Shown here: positions 38,601 to 50,417 of the stretch, piece by piece
How the letters are laid out: each line of letters begins with the position of its first letter
How positions within the stretch are numbered: the stretch's first letter is position 1
Assembly (NCBI GenBank): GCA_013239625.1
Contig: MU053379.1
Location: 2,214,866-2,278,865, forward strand
DNA: 64,000 nucleotides
Source of the DNA: Lama guanicoe
Taxonomy: Eukaryota
Reading direction: 5' to 3'
Position numbers and translations under genes: made by a program
The notes under the pieces: model-generated
What the model was told of the DNA's origin: nothing
The model's input: only the letters and a program-made list of their open reading frames with translations
The model's database searches: none

Positions 38601-41600
38601 TAAGCCTGTATTTGATGATGATGATGGAGGAAAATTCTGTCCCAGCCCCACACCTCTGGCCTGGCATGGCCGTTCCTCTCTCTCCTTCCAGCCGAGCCGA
38701 GCTGCCCTGGAGGCTTCTCCTGCTGTGCCCCGCAGCCACCCCGGCTGCAGTGACCTCACAGCGCTGCTTCGCAAACTCAGGCCGGCTTACCAGACGGAGG
38801 AGGTGGGGAAAGTCCTCTTAATACTACTTATAAAATCAAAGCGCATGCTAAATGCGGTAGCAAAGGGTAATGTCAGTGACTGTCCTAAAGCAGGGAACCT
38901 GATCCATCCTTGAGTTAATAGTCTTGATGATTTCAACTTTCAGAACAACACACACAGTGTCCTGGCCACGCTTAGTGTGACTGACACTTAAACTGGGCAC
39001 CTGCCCTTTCTTTAACAAGAGCAGAGGAAAGCGCCCCTTCTCTGTGAGCTCCTTGGATGTCGGATCTCTGATTCTCACTCTCGGCTGCCTGCTGGCATCA
39101 CCGAGGGAGCTTGGGAAAATCCTGACCACACTTCTGGCCAATTACATCCGAGTCCCTGGGGCTGGGGCCCAGGCATTGGTGGTTTTTAAAGGCTCCGAGG
39201 GGGGCCTCTGAGCCTCTGCCAGATGCACATCATGCTGGCCGGCTCCTTTGCTCTGACAAGCTCCGAATAAATGGCCCCTGCTTGTTCTCGTTTGGTTGGT
39301 CATAATTCATTTCCAGGGAGCCGAGAGCCTCGGCCACGCAGCTGCAAGGAAGTGAATTCTGCCAACAACCACACCAGCTTAGAGAACCCAGATGACAGGT
39401 CAGAGGTCTCAGCGGAGGCCGCAGCCCCCGCCAACACCTGGACTGGAGCCTTGTGAGGACGGAAAACCCAGCTAAGCTGGACCCAGACTCTTGACCCACG
39501 GAAACCGTGAGACGAGGCGGGTGTGCTGTTTTAAGCCGCTGCCCGTGCAGGGATTTGATTTGCAGCAACAGAAAAGGAGTCCACAGATCTTTGAATTCAC
39601 AACGAGCAGCAGAGTCTGGAGCCAAGCTTGGACCCTCCCCCAAAACACACCAGTCAGAAGGGTCAATACCCCCAGAGTATCGTGAGCTCCCAGGCCGAGA
39701 GAGCCGATGTCTGAGCAGTACCACTGCCAAAAAGCAGCAGCCAAGCTAACAGTGTCCACCACGTGAAGCAGAATTACTGGAACGGCTGCACCGAAATTTT
39801 CAAATGAGCACAAGACAAAAAATAAAAACATGAAGGTCCATAGGACACAAGAATCAGACATCACACAAAGAGAAACAAGGGGAAATGGTATGTGCAAAAG
39901 AGAATATTTTCATACAGAAAATGACAGGTGGAACAAAGACAGGATGGAGACCAAGAACCAGCGAAAAGGGAGAGAGACCCAGGACCTCTCCGGGGAGGCA
40001 GCGGGGAGACTGGAGCTGGGAGGTGGGGGAATTAAAGACGCGGAGGACGGAAGTCAACACGCAGATCCGGAACGGGGCGAGGAGAGACCTGAAGTCATGA
40101 CCTTAACTTCCCTGGAATTAAAAAAGATGAAAATCTGTGGACGGGAAAGGGCACAGAGGGCGCCTGGCTGGAGATGAAGAAGATTGTCCGCCCCCATCAC
40201 AGTGGGATTTAGGCACACTCAAGACGAAGCTATTCTTGTGAAGCTTCCATGTGACCACAGCAGAACGGCTGTGACGGAGCAAGAGTGGAACTGACCGCAG
40301 GCTTCTCAGCAGCAGCGCTGGGCTCGAGGGACTGTGGAATTCGATTTTTGAGCAAATGTGACTCTGAACCTGGAACATTATAACCAGCCAAGCTGTCATT
40401 GAACCGTGAGGATGTAAAACATAAAAACATCTTCAGGTGTCTAAGGTCTTCAGAGGCGTGCTCTGCGCCTGAGGTGCAGATGTGCAGAGGACCACAGAGA
40501 GAACCTCCCCAGCAAAGGGAAGGCAGTCAGGTTGGGGCGGGGGCGGGGGAGCGGCAGCAGGAGGCCGGAGGGTGGGAACTCTGTGAGCTGGAGGAAGGCT
40601 CCGGGTTTGCGGAGTGATGAGAAGCCTGAGGGGTGAGCAGGGAGCGGTGCGCCCCCGCGTCCCTGCTGGCTCCGGTTCATCCTCCCGCCCAGCGGGCGGG
40701 CAGGGGCCGGGCAAGTCCCCCGGCAGAAGGCCGCTGGGGCTGGGAAGGGATGCTGGCTTGGCCGAGGCTGGTGGCAGTGGAGGTGGCGAGGGAGGGGTGC
40801 GGGTTACGTTCTCTGGGGAGAGCAGGCGGGTATCACTGATGTGTCCGGAGTCGGAACTGAAGGAAGAGGAAAAGCAACGCCTTGGGCTGGTGATGGACGG
40901 GAAGCGGGCTGATTGCGGAGGGCGTCGTTCTGAAACGTGCAGAAATACTGACTCACGATGTCGCGGGCCAGGAGCCAGCAGGGTGTTGTAGGTCAGTTAT
41001 ACATCGCGCAGAAATAGAGGTCACGGGGTTACCGAGGCGGCGGGTGGGGCAGGGGAGCTGGGGGCCGGCAGCCGAGGGACGGCTTCCGGTCATAAATACG
41101 CGCTAGGGTGTCACGTGCACCTCGATGCATGTAATGAACACCGCTCGGTGTCGTGTATGAAAGTCTTCAAGAGAAGATCCTAAGGGTTCTCATCACAAGG
41201 AAAATACATGTATTTTTGACCGTTTAATTTTGTATCTGTACAAGATGGTGGATGTTCACCAAACTGACTCTAATCATCATTTCATGACGTGTGTAAGTCA
41301 GATCAGTGTGTTGCACACTTTAAACTTATACACTGCTGCATGTCAATTATAGCTCGATAAAGCTGGAAGAGAAAAGGGGAAAAAAGGAAAAACAAGGAAT
41401 TAAGGATAATGCAGAGATAGGGAGCTTTGGGGGAGGGTTGGGGAGCCACGTCAGAGCTCTGATTTTGGGATGAAGACACGGAGCGGTGTCCTCTCCCGAG
41501 CGTGGAAGGTGTAAGAGACCCGAGTACAGAGACTTGGAGAACTTGTGAGGTCAGGCTGGGTTACCAATTTGTGGCCATTGTGTTTAAGTCATGGTGAAGG

Positions 41601-42064
41601 TACATGTGATGAAGTGTTTACAGCTGGAACTGATTACCCAGAGCAGGCGAAGGTGCACAGAGACCAGGGTGGGGCGGGGGGAGGACTGGTAGGGGGGGAA
41701 CTCGCTGGGGGGCTGGTGACCCAGGAGAAGGAGAAGATCCAGAGAGCCTGCTGCTGGCACCGCCACCCAGAGGAGATGGGGTTTCATTGCGAGCGAGGGA
41801 TCCATCGTGTGGAGCAAAATGAAGAGAGGGCAGCGACCACGGAACTGGCGTCGTCCAGGGCAGTGGTGATTTTGACAAACCCCATTTCAGCCTAACGTCA
41901 GGGACAGATTGGAGCAGCAGCAGCGCCAATGTGGGGTTGGGGAGACACGTAGCTGGGACAGGAGTGGTAGGATCTAAGAGCCCTCAGTAGCCCAGAACAG
42001 AGCTCAGCAAACTTCTTTATAAAGGGCCAGACGGGAAATATTTTAGGCCTTGTGAGACAGGTGA

Positions 42065-42568
42065 TGTGTTAAAATGTAGGTTTTATTATTATTATTGAGG
42101 CTTGGTGGGGCCAACAGATCAGGAGAGGACTTCCATCAAACGACAGTTTGTCACTTGAGTTTCCAAGAGGAGGCGGACCCAGCACACCCCAGGGGCCTTG
42201 CAAGGAAGCAGCAGGGTCGGCCAGGAGGTGCAGGGATCCACAGCAAAACTCGGGCAGGCAATGTCACTGCTGCTTCTGCAGGAAGGAAGGGGTGAGACAG
42301 GGTGAGCAGGCTTAGGATTGGCTAGTTTGAATCATTTCAGCAGGCTCTGGGGCAGAGTGACCAGCCCTGGTTGCCCAGCACCTGGCCTTGGGTGCCAGGT
42401 TAGGGCAGGTGCGGAGGAGCCCAGGTGAGAGAGCCTGACAGAGTCTAGGGTGTGCATTTTGATGGGTGGGTTGGCGTATGAAGGGCATGCTCAGAGGGTG
42501 GGTCGTTTGCTCTCTAGGAATTAGCTAACCCTGGGAAGGGCAGCATCAGCAAGGCCCCAAGATGTCAC
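42065..42568 (-). mobile_element. ERVL-type LTR (MER54/MER73-like) nested in a MER58A relic
   Basis: ttaggattggctagtttgaatcatttcagcaggctctggg motif, with MER58A halves at about 41998-42062 and 42620-42750. Confidence 0.5.
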
Positions 42569-43079
42569 AACATCAGAATAAAATGACAAGCGTAATACGC
42601 ATGGTCTTTGCTGCGGCTTCTTTGCTGTTGAGGTTTTAAAGGCAGCTGCAGACAATATATAACTAAATGGGCGTGGCTACGTTCCAATAAAACTTTATTA
42701 CAAAGCAGGTGGTGGGTCAGATTCAGGGCACAAGCGGTAGTTTGCTGACTCATGTCTAGTCCAAGAAATCAGAACAATTAGAACAGAAGTGATAACCAGA
42801 GATATCACTAAAGAAAACTGTTAAAAACCTGCAAAAGAAGTAATTACAGAAATCAGAATACTTCACTGTGTTGTATACCAATCAATGAGATAGTACTCAT
42901 TCCAGCGCATCCTGGAAAATTGCTTAAATTTGAAAGATGAAGGAAAAGTCTAAGAGAAAAAAACAGTGCTCATGATAATGAGGAAAAACAAATCAGCTGA
43001 ACCTAGACGTCTCACTAGGATTCAATGCCAGAAAGTGATGAAGTGGTGTCTTCAGAGTTTTAAGGAGAAATGAGGTTAG

Positions 43080-43600
43080 TTATTTATCTGTTGCTAGTTG
43101 TTGCTGTGAATCAGGTCACCCTAATACTTAGTGACATGAAAACACAATGCTGACTTATTTTCTGTCATTGTGCGAGTTGGCTGGGCTCAGCTGGTGGTTC
43201 TTCTGCTCCACGTGGCTGAGTCATCCAGGAGCTCAGGGCTGGATGGTGCAGGATGGCTTAGCTTACCCGTCTGCAGCCTCGGCTGGGTGGGTGGGGCACA
43301 GGAGCAGCTGCAGCCCTGTCTCAAACGCTCTCCTCGTGGTGTCCCATCTCTCAGGAGCCTGTTGCAAGGTTACATGGCTTTGGATCTCAGGAGGGCAGAA
43401 TTGGGGCCCACCAGTCCTTTAATGTCCTAAGGGAAAGCCACACAGCATCACTCCACGTTCTAGGGCTCAGAGCATGTCGAAGGGCGAGTCTGGCTGCAAG
43501 GGGAGGGGAGATGGACCAACCTCTTGATGGAAGAGCGGTAGGCTCACAGGAGAATGACAGAAATGGCCAGGGGCCTCTGTGCAGATAATCCACCACAGAA
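43080..43600 (-). mobile_element. MLT1-type MaLR LTR (degenerate)
   Basis: ggctgggctcagctggtggttcttctgctcc ... ggaccaacctcttgatggaagag. Confidence 0.55.
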
Positions 43601-45749
43601 AGCAAGAATGCCACCACATTGTGTGTAGAGAGATAAGGCTTCTCAGACAAACAGATGCTCAGCAAACTCATATCCCCCATGTCCTTGAAAAGATTATTTC
43701 ACGTCGTGCCCTAGCTGAGATATCTTTTGAGATTTATTGCTAGTAGATGAAAAGGCAAACATGAACATTCACAGTGACATGATATGAAAGGCAGTGACAG
43801 ATACTGAAATGAGTTTCAACAAAGTGAAATTGAAATAATTATAAGTAGGATTGAAATCTGAAGACATATATACAATTCTCAACAGATGAGTCATGGAGAA
43901 TAAAAATAATAATCCAGTAATGTAAGTTTCTGTCCTAAAGTCTAGGGTACATACATAAAGACCAGAAAGGATGGGGGGTCTGGGGGTGGAAGGTGAGCAG
44001 GGGGCTGGGAAGAACGCTAAACCCCACCGTGTACCTGGGTAGAGTCAGGGTAGGCAGTTTCCAAGTAAACCAAAGACAGCCAGGAGCCCTTACTCCCCGC
44101 CTCCCCCAGACTGCTCCGGCCTCAGTAAAGGGCACCACTGTTCACTCAGGTGCTCCCCGGAAAACCTGAGCTGCACATGGGATCCCTCCTTCCTCCTCCT
44201 CCGTGGGGCTTCTTCAGCCTGCCCTGAAGACTCTCCTGTGACTTACGGGAGATCTGGGGTACACACACGCACAGCACACGTACACACACTCACTCACACA
44301 CGGTCTCTACTGCGCCATCCTAAGTGTTACAGCTCAATGGACTCAAAGGAGACGATGTTTTCAGTTCATGTCAACAAATACTATTTTAAAGTCACCTTCC
44401 AAATTTAGTAAATTTATCAATGGCCACATTCCACTTCAGTGTAATCTAAATTGCCTCCACATGTAACGCAGGAGGGACATGCAGGGCTGCTGGCCCCAGG
44501 GGTCCCTGCGTGGCGTGTGTGGAAGAGGCTGTTGCCCCAGGGGTCCCACCTCTGTCCTCTTAGGGTCTCTGGCTGGACCCGAGATTTAAGCTGACATAAA
44601 GCAGGTAAACGGAAGTAAAGCACACAAATTCTGTTTTCACACGTGCCCAGGGGCCCTCGCAGGAAAATGAAGACCCCCGAAGTGGTTAAGCCTAAGTGCT
44701 TGTATACTCGGTTGAACAAAGAGTGATTGTAACTAAAATAAATGAGCAAGCAAAGGAGACAGAAGGGTTCTTTTCACAAGGTCTGCACAGATTCTTCTTG
44801 GCTTCATATGTTTATCACACATTCACTGCCCAGAACAAGGCCTGCCACTCAGTACATGATCATAACTGAATAAGCCACTCCGGTTAAAACAAGGCTTACA
44901 TTTTTCACGTGACTGGAGAACATATGAAGAGAGAAGGTACAGTCAGTCTAAGCAGACAGCCTAGGACCTGGGAAGTGGCCAGGACTGAGAAAACCCCCAC
45001 ATCGTAAAACAAGATGGCAGGAATTGAAACAAATTCCCCAGCTGGGTCTAAAAATAAAATTCAGTTATATAAATATTGCTTCAGAAAGACTCATCTAAAT
45101 GAAAAGCTGTGGGGAGGTTTAAAATAGACAAAAAATAATTAAATGAATGCAGCACAAAAATGAAAGGCTCATGATACGAAGTTCAATATACATCAGAGCA
45201 AACGCACTTAATGGGGCAAAGGAGGTTTACTGTACTCGTACCTAACCACACAGCCACACTGAAGTCACAGCACACATATTTACGTGCTGTGCGACAGCAT
45301 GACGATGCCAAGTGCACGGAAGGTAGGAAATTCACAGAAAAATGTCAGAACTCCAGCTGCAACGGGAGATGTTAACACATCTGCCCTAAGTCCATTTTAT
45401 TCAGGAAGGAGGATGGGGAGAAAGCTGGATGTAAATTAGGAGACTGGCAAATAGAACAGTAAAAATATTGACAGAGAATTAGAGTAAATATCAAAGGTAA
45501 GTTAACAGTTAGTTGGTGTTCAAGTTCAGTAATGAACAGTTGTGAACAACTGCTGTATGCCTAGTGTGAACTAGATTATAGAGGGTGTTTAATAAGCCTT
45601 TTCTGATAAATACGGAAAATTTTTTCAAAAAGGATCATACACCAGGTCACAAAGAAAGCCCTGATTAATCTCAGGGTGGCTGTGGGGATTGAACTGGATA
45701 AGGGCAGCCTGTTCCCACTGCAGAGAAAGAAGTGAAGAATGGCCATGGT

Positions 45750-47635
45750 TGACTTCCGGTCAGGCTGGCAGAGTGGCAGGACCACGAGCTCGCCTCTCCT
45801 CGCGACTGCAGTGAATCCACAACTGACTGCTGAACAACCATCGAGAAAAGCCTGGAACCTAGCAAAAAAAGACGTTCTGCAACTGGAAACATAAAGAGGG
45901 AACCGCAGCAGGACGGTAGGAAGGACGTGCTCATGATATAATTGGGCCCCATACCCCTCGGGTGGGCGACCCACCAGCTGAAGATTTGTTATGCGGCAGA
46001 GGCCCCCCAAAGGAGTGAGAGCTCTGAGCCCCACGTCGGGCTCCCCAGCTTGGGTCCCGGCACTGGGGAGAGAAGGAGACCCCAGGACATCCGGTTTTGA
46101 AGGCCAGGGGGGCTTGGCTCTGGGAGCCTCACGGGCCTGGGGGAAACGGAGACGCCATTCGCTTGGGAAGCGCACACGGAAACTCACGTGCACCGGGTGC
46201 AAGGGCAGAGGCAGTGACTTCACAGGAACCTGGGCCAGACCTGCCTGCTGGATTTGGAGGGTCTTCTGGGGACGTGGGGGATGGCTGCGGCTCACTCAGG
46301 GGACATAAAAGCTGGTGGCGGACATTCCGGGAATGTTCATCTACATGAGCTTTTCTGGAGGCTGGAGTCTTGATTGGATCATTAGCACCAAGACCAAGCC
46401 CCACCCAACAGCCTGTAGGGAAGCCTCAGGCCAGACGACATACAGGCTGGGAACACAGCCCCACCCATCAGCAGACCTCCTGAGCCACAAAGGCCTCTAG
46501 ACACAGCCCACCCACCAGAGGTCCAGGACCGAACTTCACCCAACAGTGGGCAGGCACCGGCTCTCCCACCAGGAAACCTGCTTAAACCTCTAGTCCAGCC
46601 TCATCCACCAGGGCAGATACCAGAAATAAGAAAACAACAACCCCAAAGCCTGTGGAAGGAATCCACACACAGAAAGACAGACAATATGAGGTGGCAAAGG
46701 AGTATCTCCCAGGCCAAGGCACAGGATAAAATCCCAGAAGAAGAAGAAATAAGCGAGGAGGAGATAGGTAATTTATCTGAGAGTTTAAAGTAATGATGGC
46801 CAAGATGATCAGAGAACTCAAGAGGAGTATAGATTCACAGAGTGAAGTTTTTAGCAAAGAGTTGGAAAATATAAAGAACACCCAAACAGAGTTGAAGAAT
46901 AAAATCACTGAAATGAACAACACACTAGAAGGAACCAAGAACAGACTAAATGAGGCAGAAAAACGGATCAGTGAGCTAGAAGACAGATTAGTGGAAATCA
47001 CTACTGCAGAAGAGAAAAAAGGAAAAAGAATAAAAAGGAATGAGGATAGTTTAAGAGAACTCTGGGACAACATGAAGCACTCTAATATTTGCATTATGGG
47101 GGTCCCTGGAAGGGAAGAGAGAGAGAAAGGACCTGAAAATTTTTGGAGAGATGATCATTGAAAACTTCCCCAACTTGGGTGAGGAAACAGTCACTCACGT
47201 CCTGGACGCGCAGAGAGTTCCACACAGGATCAACCCAGAGAGGAGCACACCAAGGCACACGGTCATCAAATTGACAGCAACTAAGGATAAGGAGAAAATA
47301 TTAAAATTAGCGAGAGAAAAGCAACAAATAACATACACAGAAACTCACATAAGGTCATCAGCTGATTTCTTAGCAGAAACTGTACAGGCCAGAAGGGAGT
47401 GCACGATATATTTAAAGTGATGCAAGGGGAAACTTACAACCAAGAATACTCTATCCAGCAAGGCTCTTGTTCAGATTTGATGGAGATATCAAAATCTTCA
47501 CAGATAAACAAAAGCTAAAAGATTTCAGTACCACCAAACCCAGCTTTACAACAAATGTTCAAATACTTCTCTAGTCATCAAACCATAAGAAAAAAGAAGA
47601 AACAGGAAAAAAACCCCAAGAAACAGAGACCTACA
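45750..47635 (+). mobile_element. L1 5' UTR plus disrupted ORF1 (3'-truncated LINE-1)
   Basis: Starts gacttccggtcagg with a GC-rich 5' UTR. ORF1p pieces: 46793-47161 (coiled coil, LRELWDNMKHSNICIMGVP) and 47151-47420 (ENFPNL, RVPHRINPERSTPRH, SADF), with frameshift/stops. Confidence 0.92.
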
Positions 47636-48150
47636 AAATATTGCTTTGGCTGTTTGGGGTCTTATGTGTTTCCTTATAAATTTTGGAATTGTTTATTCTA
47701 GTTCTGTGAACCATGTCTCTGGTATTTTGATGGGGGTTGTGTTGGATCTGTGGGTTGCTTTGGGTAGTGTGGCCATTTTGATAGTGTTGATTCTTCCAAT
47801 CCAAGAGTACAAGAAATCTTTCCATTTTTTTGTGTGTTATTTCGGTTTTCAGAGTATAGGTAACCTCCTTGGTTAGGTTTATTTCTAGGTAATTTGTTGT
47901 TTTTGATGTAATGGAAATGTCTCTGCCAGTTATAAAAGTCTGGTTTTTGAAGTGAAAAAAAAAAAAAAGAATGAAGGGCCACAAATGGCAAAATAGCCTT
48001 TTTTATGGTTGAGTTGTATTCCTATATATATACACACTTCATCTCCATTATCTATTCAACTATTGATGTGCACTTAGAATGCTTCCATATCTTGGCAATT
48101 ATAAATAATGTTGCTGTTAATAGCAGAGAGTATGTATCTTTTTGAGTTAA
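47636..48150 (-). mobile_element. Inverted L1 ORF2/3' fragments
   Basis: Minus-strand YLEINLTKEV-like ORF2 sequence (ttgattcttccaatccaagagtac) plus a 3'-end piece (cttccatatcttggcaattataaataatg). Confidence 0.75.
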
Positions 48151-49664
48151 TTCTTATTTTGTGGTTGGCTTTATTCCTTTGACAACTATGTAAATTTAAA
48201 AAGCTAAATCTCTAAACATTCTTAGAAACAATGAACAGTACATACATGTAAATTAAAAGGTATATGTGCAGTGAAAAAAAAATCTATCAAGCCATGAAAG
48301 ACATAGAAGAAACGTAAAAGACATATTACTAAATGAAAGAAGCCAGCCTGAAAAGGCTACAAACTGTATGATTCCCGCCAAATGACATTCTGGAAAAGGC
48401 ACAGCTACAGAAACAATGAAAAGATCCTGGTTTCCAGGTTTGGGGGGAGGGAGGGAGGAATGAATAGATGGAGAACATACAGATGAAATTATTCTGTATG
48501 ATACGACAGTGGTGGCTTCATGTCATTATGCATTTATCAAAACCCACAGAATGTACAACATCAGGAGTAAATCCTAATGTAAACTGTGGGAAAAAAAATA
48601 AAAAACTAATTCCTGACTCAAACTAATGCTAAAGGGTTTGGAAGAAAAGTAGAAACCATCAGCGGAGGCACAGAAGGAAAGACCAATGAGTTCATAGAAA
48701 AGCAGAAACCAGCAACAGAAACAATTATAAAAATGGTAGAATGTATTGAACTGGAATCAAGATCATGGAAGAATTTCAAAGAGAACGAGAGACTGTGTCC
48801 AACGAAGCCAATAAAGGAAAGTGTGGATTGAGAAATCTTTTTTCCTTTGATAGAATTGTTCTAAAATGGGATTGTGAGGGAGACACAGCTCTGCACATTT
48901 ACACACACACACACACAAACCAGAGAATTTTGTATTTAAATGAGTGAATTTATGGCGTGTAAATCATAGCTCAAGAAATCTCTTTCAAAATGAAGGTGTA
49001 TTTAGCACGTATCTACCCAGTAGAGCTGCTCCCAGGTATTTGCCTCACAGGGTAAATGAAAACAGATACTTAGAGAAAAGATGCATGCATATGTATACAA
49101 AAATATGCACTCATAATAACCCACATTTGAACTAGCCCAAACGTCCATAATTAAGAGAATGGATTAATATTTTGTGATATAATCTTGCAAGGTCAAATTA
49201 TTCAGCCTTACAAACAGAATGAATGGCATATTCAAATAAAAACATGTAGATCTAATGACATTACTTAGAGCAAAAGAGACAGACATCAAAGTAAACCTTG
49301 TGATTTTTTTCACTGTTATCAAGTTCAGCCACCATCAAACTGATGGATGCATGTCGTGAGAGTGTGTGTATTTCAACTGAAATGTGACAGAGGGCATATA
49401 TTCTGTGTTAACGGATGTGACTCAGACATATGGTTCATACACTGACTTTTCCAGTACTGTCGAGGGCTAGGAATTTGAAAGATTTGTGAAATCATATACT
49501 TTACTGTGACACTTTTCACTATATTTTTATTGTATATGGATATAAATACAAAAAGAAAGAGGTAAGAAAAGACTGACCATTAGACAATGATGGAGAAAAT
49601 GACATTTTAGTCACAACCTTCTCCTCTGACAAGCCCCCTCCTCCCCACCGACACTGACCAGATA

Positions 49665-50417
49665 ATGACCAATCCAGGATGTCAGGTGCTGGTTGGGTTC
49701 CAGGCGGAATGTTGGGGTGTCCCCGGGGGCTTGTTGTGGCTGGCGGAGCCACGGCAACTGGGCAGAGCCCTGGGTGGGTCAGTGCCATGGAGGGGCTGCT
49801 GTAGCTGTCCTCTGCTTGTCTTCGGGCTGATCCTTAGGTCGCTGAATGCGGTCCTGGTGGTGCTGCTGCCCAAAGGCCTGTGTTCCCAGCTCATGTTCCA
49901 GAGTCTCCCCTGGGAGACAGCGTTGAGTCTGCCTGTCCTCACCTTATTGCTCAGTATTTTATTTACTTTCCGACTTATTCAGTCTGTTACAAGTCAAGTT
50001 AATAGAAGACGTGAAAAGCAACTGGCAAAAACACTGGCTGCACAGATCCAAGAGAAGTGCCACCTCATTGACCGGCTTTATGTGGCTAAACAGGAGTGTG
50101 CCAGGATGGAGACAACTCTAAAGGATGCCAGGCTAGGGAAGGAGCCAGTAAATACACCATGCCTCGCTGACACCTACAGAAAGCTGATGACGGCCAACCT
50201 GAGCTTGAGGAAGGAAGTCAGTTTTCTCGTCCAAGAACTGAAGAGAGTGCGACCCCTGCAGTCTATACGAGAAGAGATGGCGGAGATGCTAAAGGTGCTC
50301 AAGTTCCTGGAGGAGGTCACGAGAATCAGCACATCACAAGGGGCTTTTACACACCAACTTGGGGACCGAGCACCGAGTCCTGATGGCCCCCCTCCCAGGA
50401 GTGGGCCCTTGTGTTAA
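49665..50417 (+). CDS. Intronless cTAGE5/MIA2-like retrocopy ORF (250 aa; hydrophobic segment plus coiled coil), retrogene or processed pseudogene
   Basis: FGLILRSL..LPKG..LPWETALSLPVLTLLLSILFTFRLIQSVTSQVNRRREKQLAKTLAAQIQEKCHLID..METTLKDARLGKE..LADTYRKLMTANLSLRKEVSFLVQELK aligns by eye with the recalled cTAGE5 N-terminus (LGLLLEEL..LPEG..FPWELV..RSVRSRLYVGREKKLA..EEKSKLLEK..SSLKDASFEKE..LEKELK). No introns. AT-rich 3' UTR-like tail with ATTAAA at 51069 and an A-rich end. Confidence 0.7.
   Translation: MTNPGCQVLVGFQAECWGVPGGLLWLAEPRQLGRALGGSVPWRGCCSCPLLVFGLILRSLNAVLVVLLPKGLCSQLMFQSLPWETALSLPVLTLLLSILFTFRLIQSVTSQVNRRREKQLAKTLAAQIQEKCHLIDRLYVAKQECARMETTLKDARLGKEPVNTPCLADTYRKLMTANLSLRKEVSFLVQELKRVRPLQSIREEMAEMLKVLKFLEEVTRISTSQGAFTHQLGDRAPSPDGPPPRSGPLC

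Noticed and set aside
45576..46295. 239-aa antisense ORF across the L1 5' UTR (ORF0-like idea)
   Set aside because: It starts at GTG, lies in GC-rich sequence and runs out of the element into unrelated flank, so there is no support for coding.
46793..47420. Functional or domesticated L1 ORF1 gene
   Set aside because: It is broken by a frameshift and premature stops, so it is an ordinary decayed L1.
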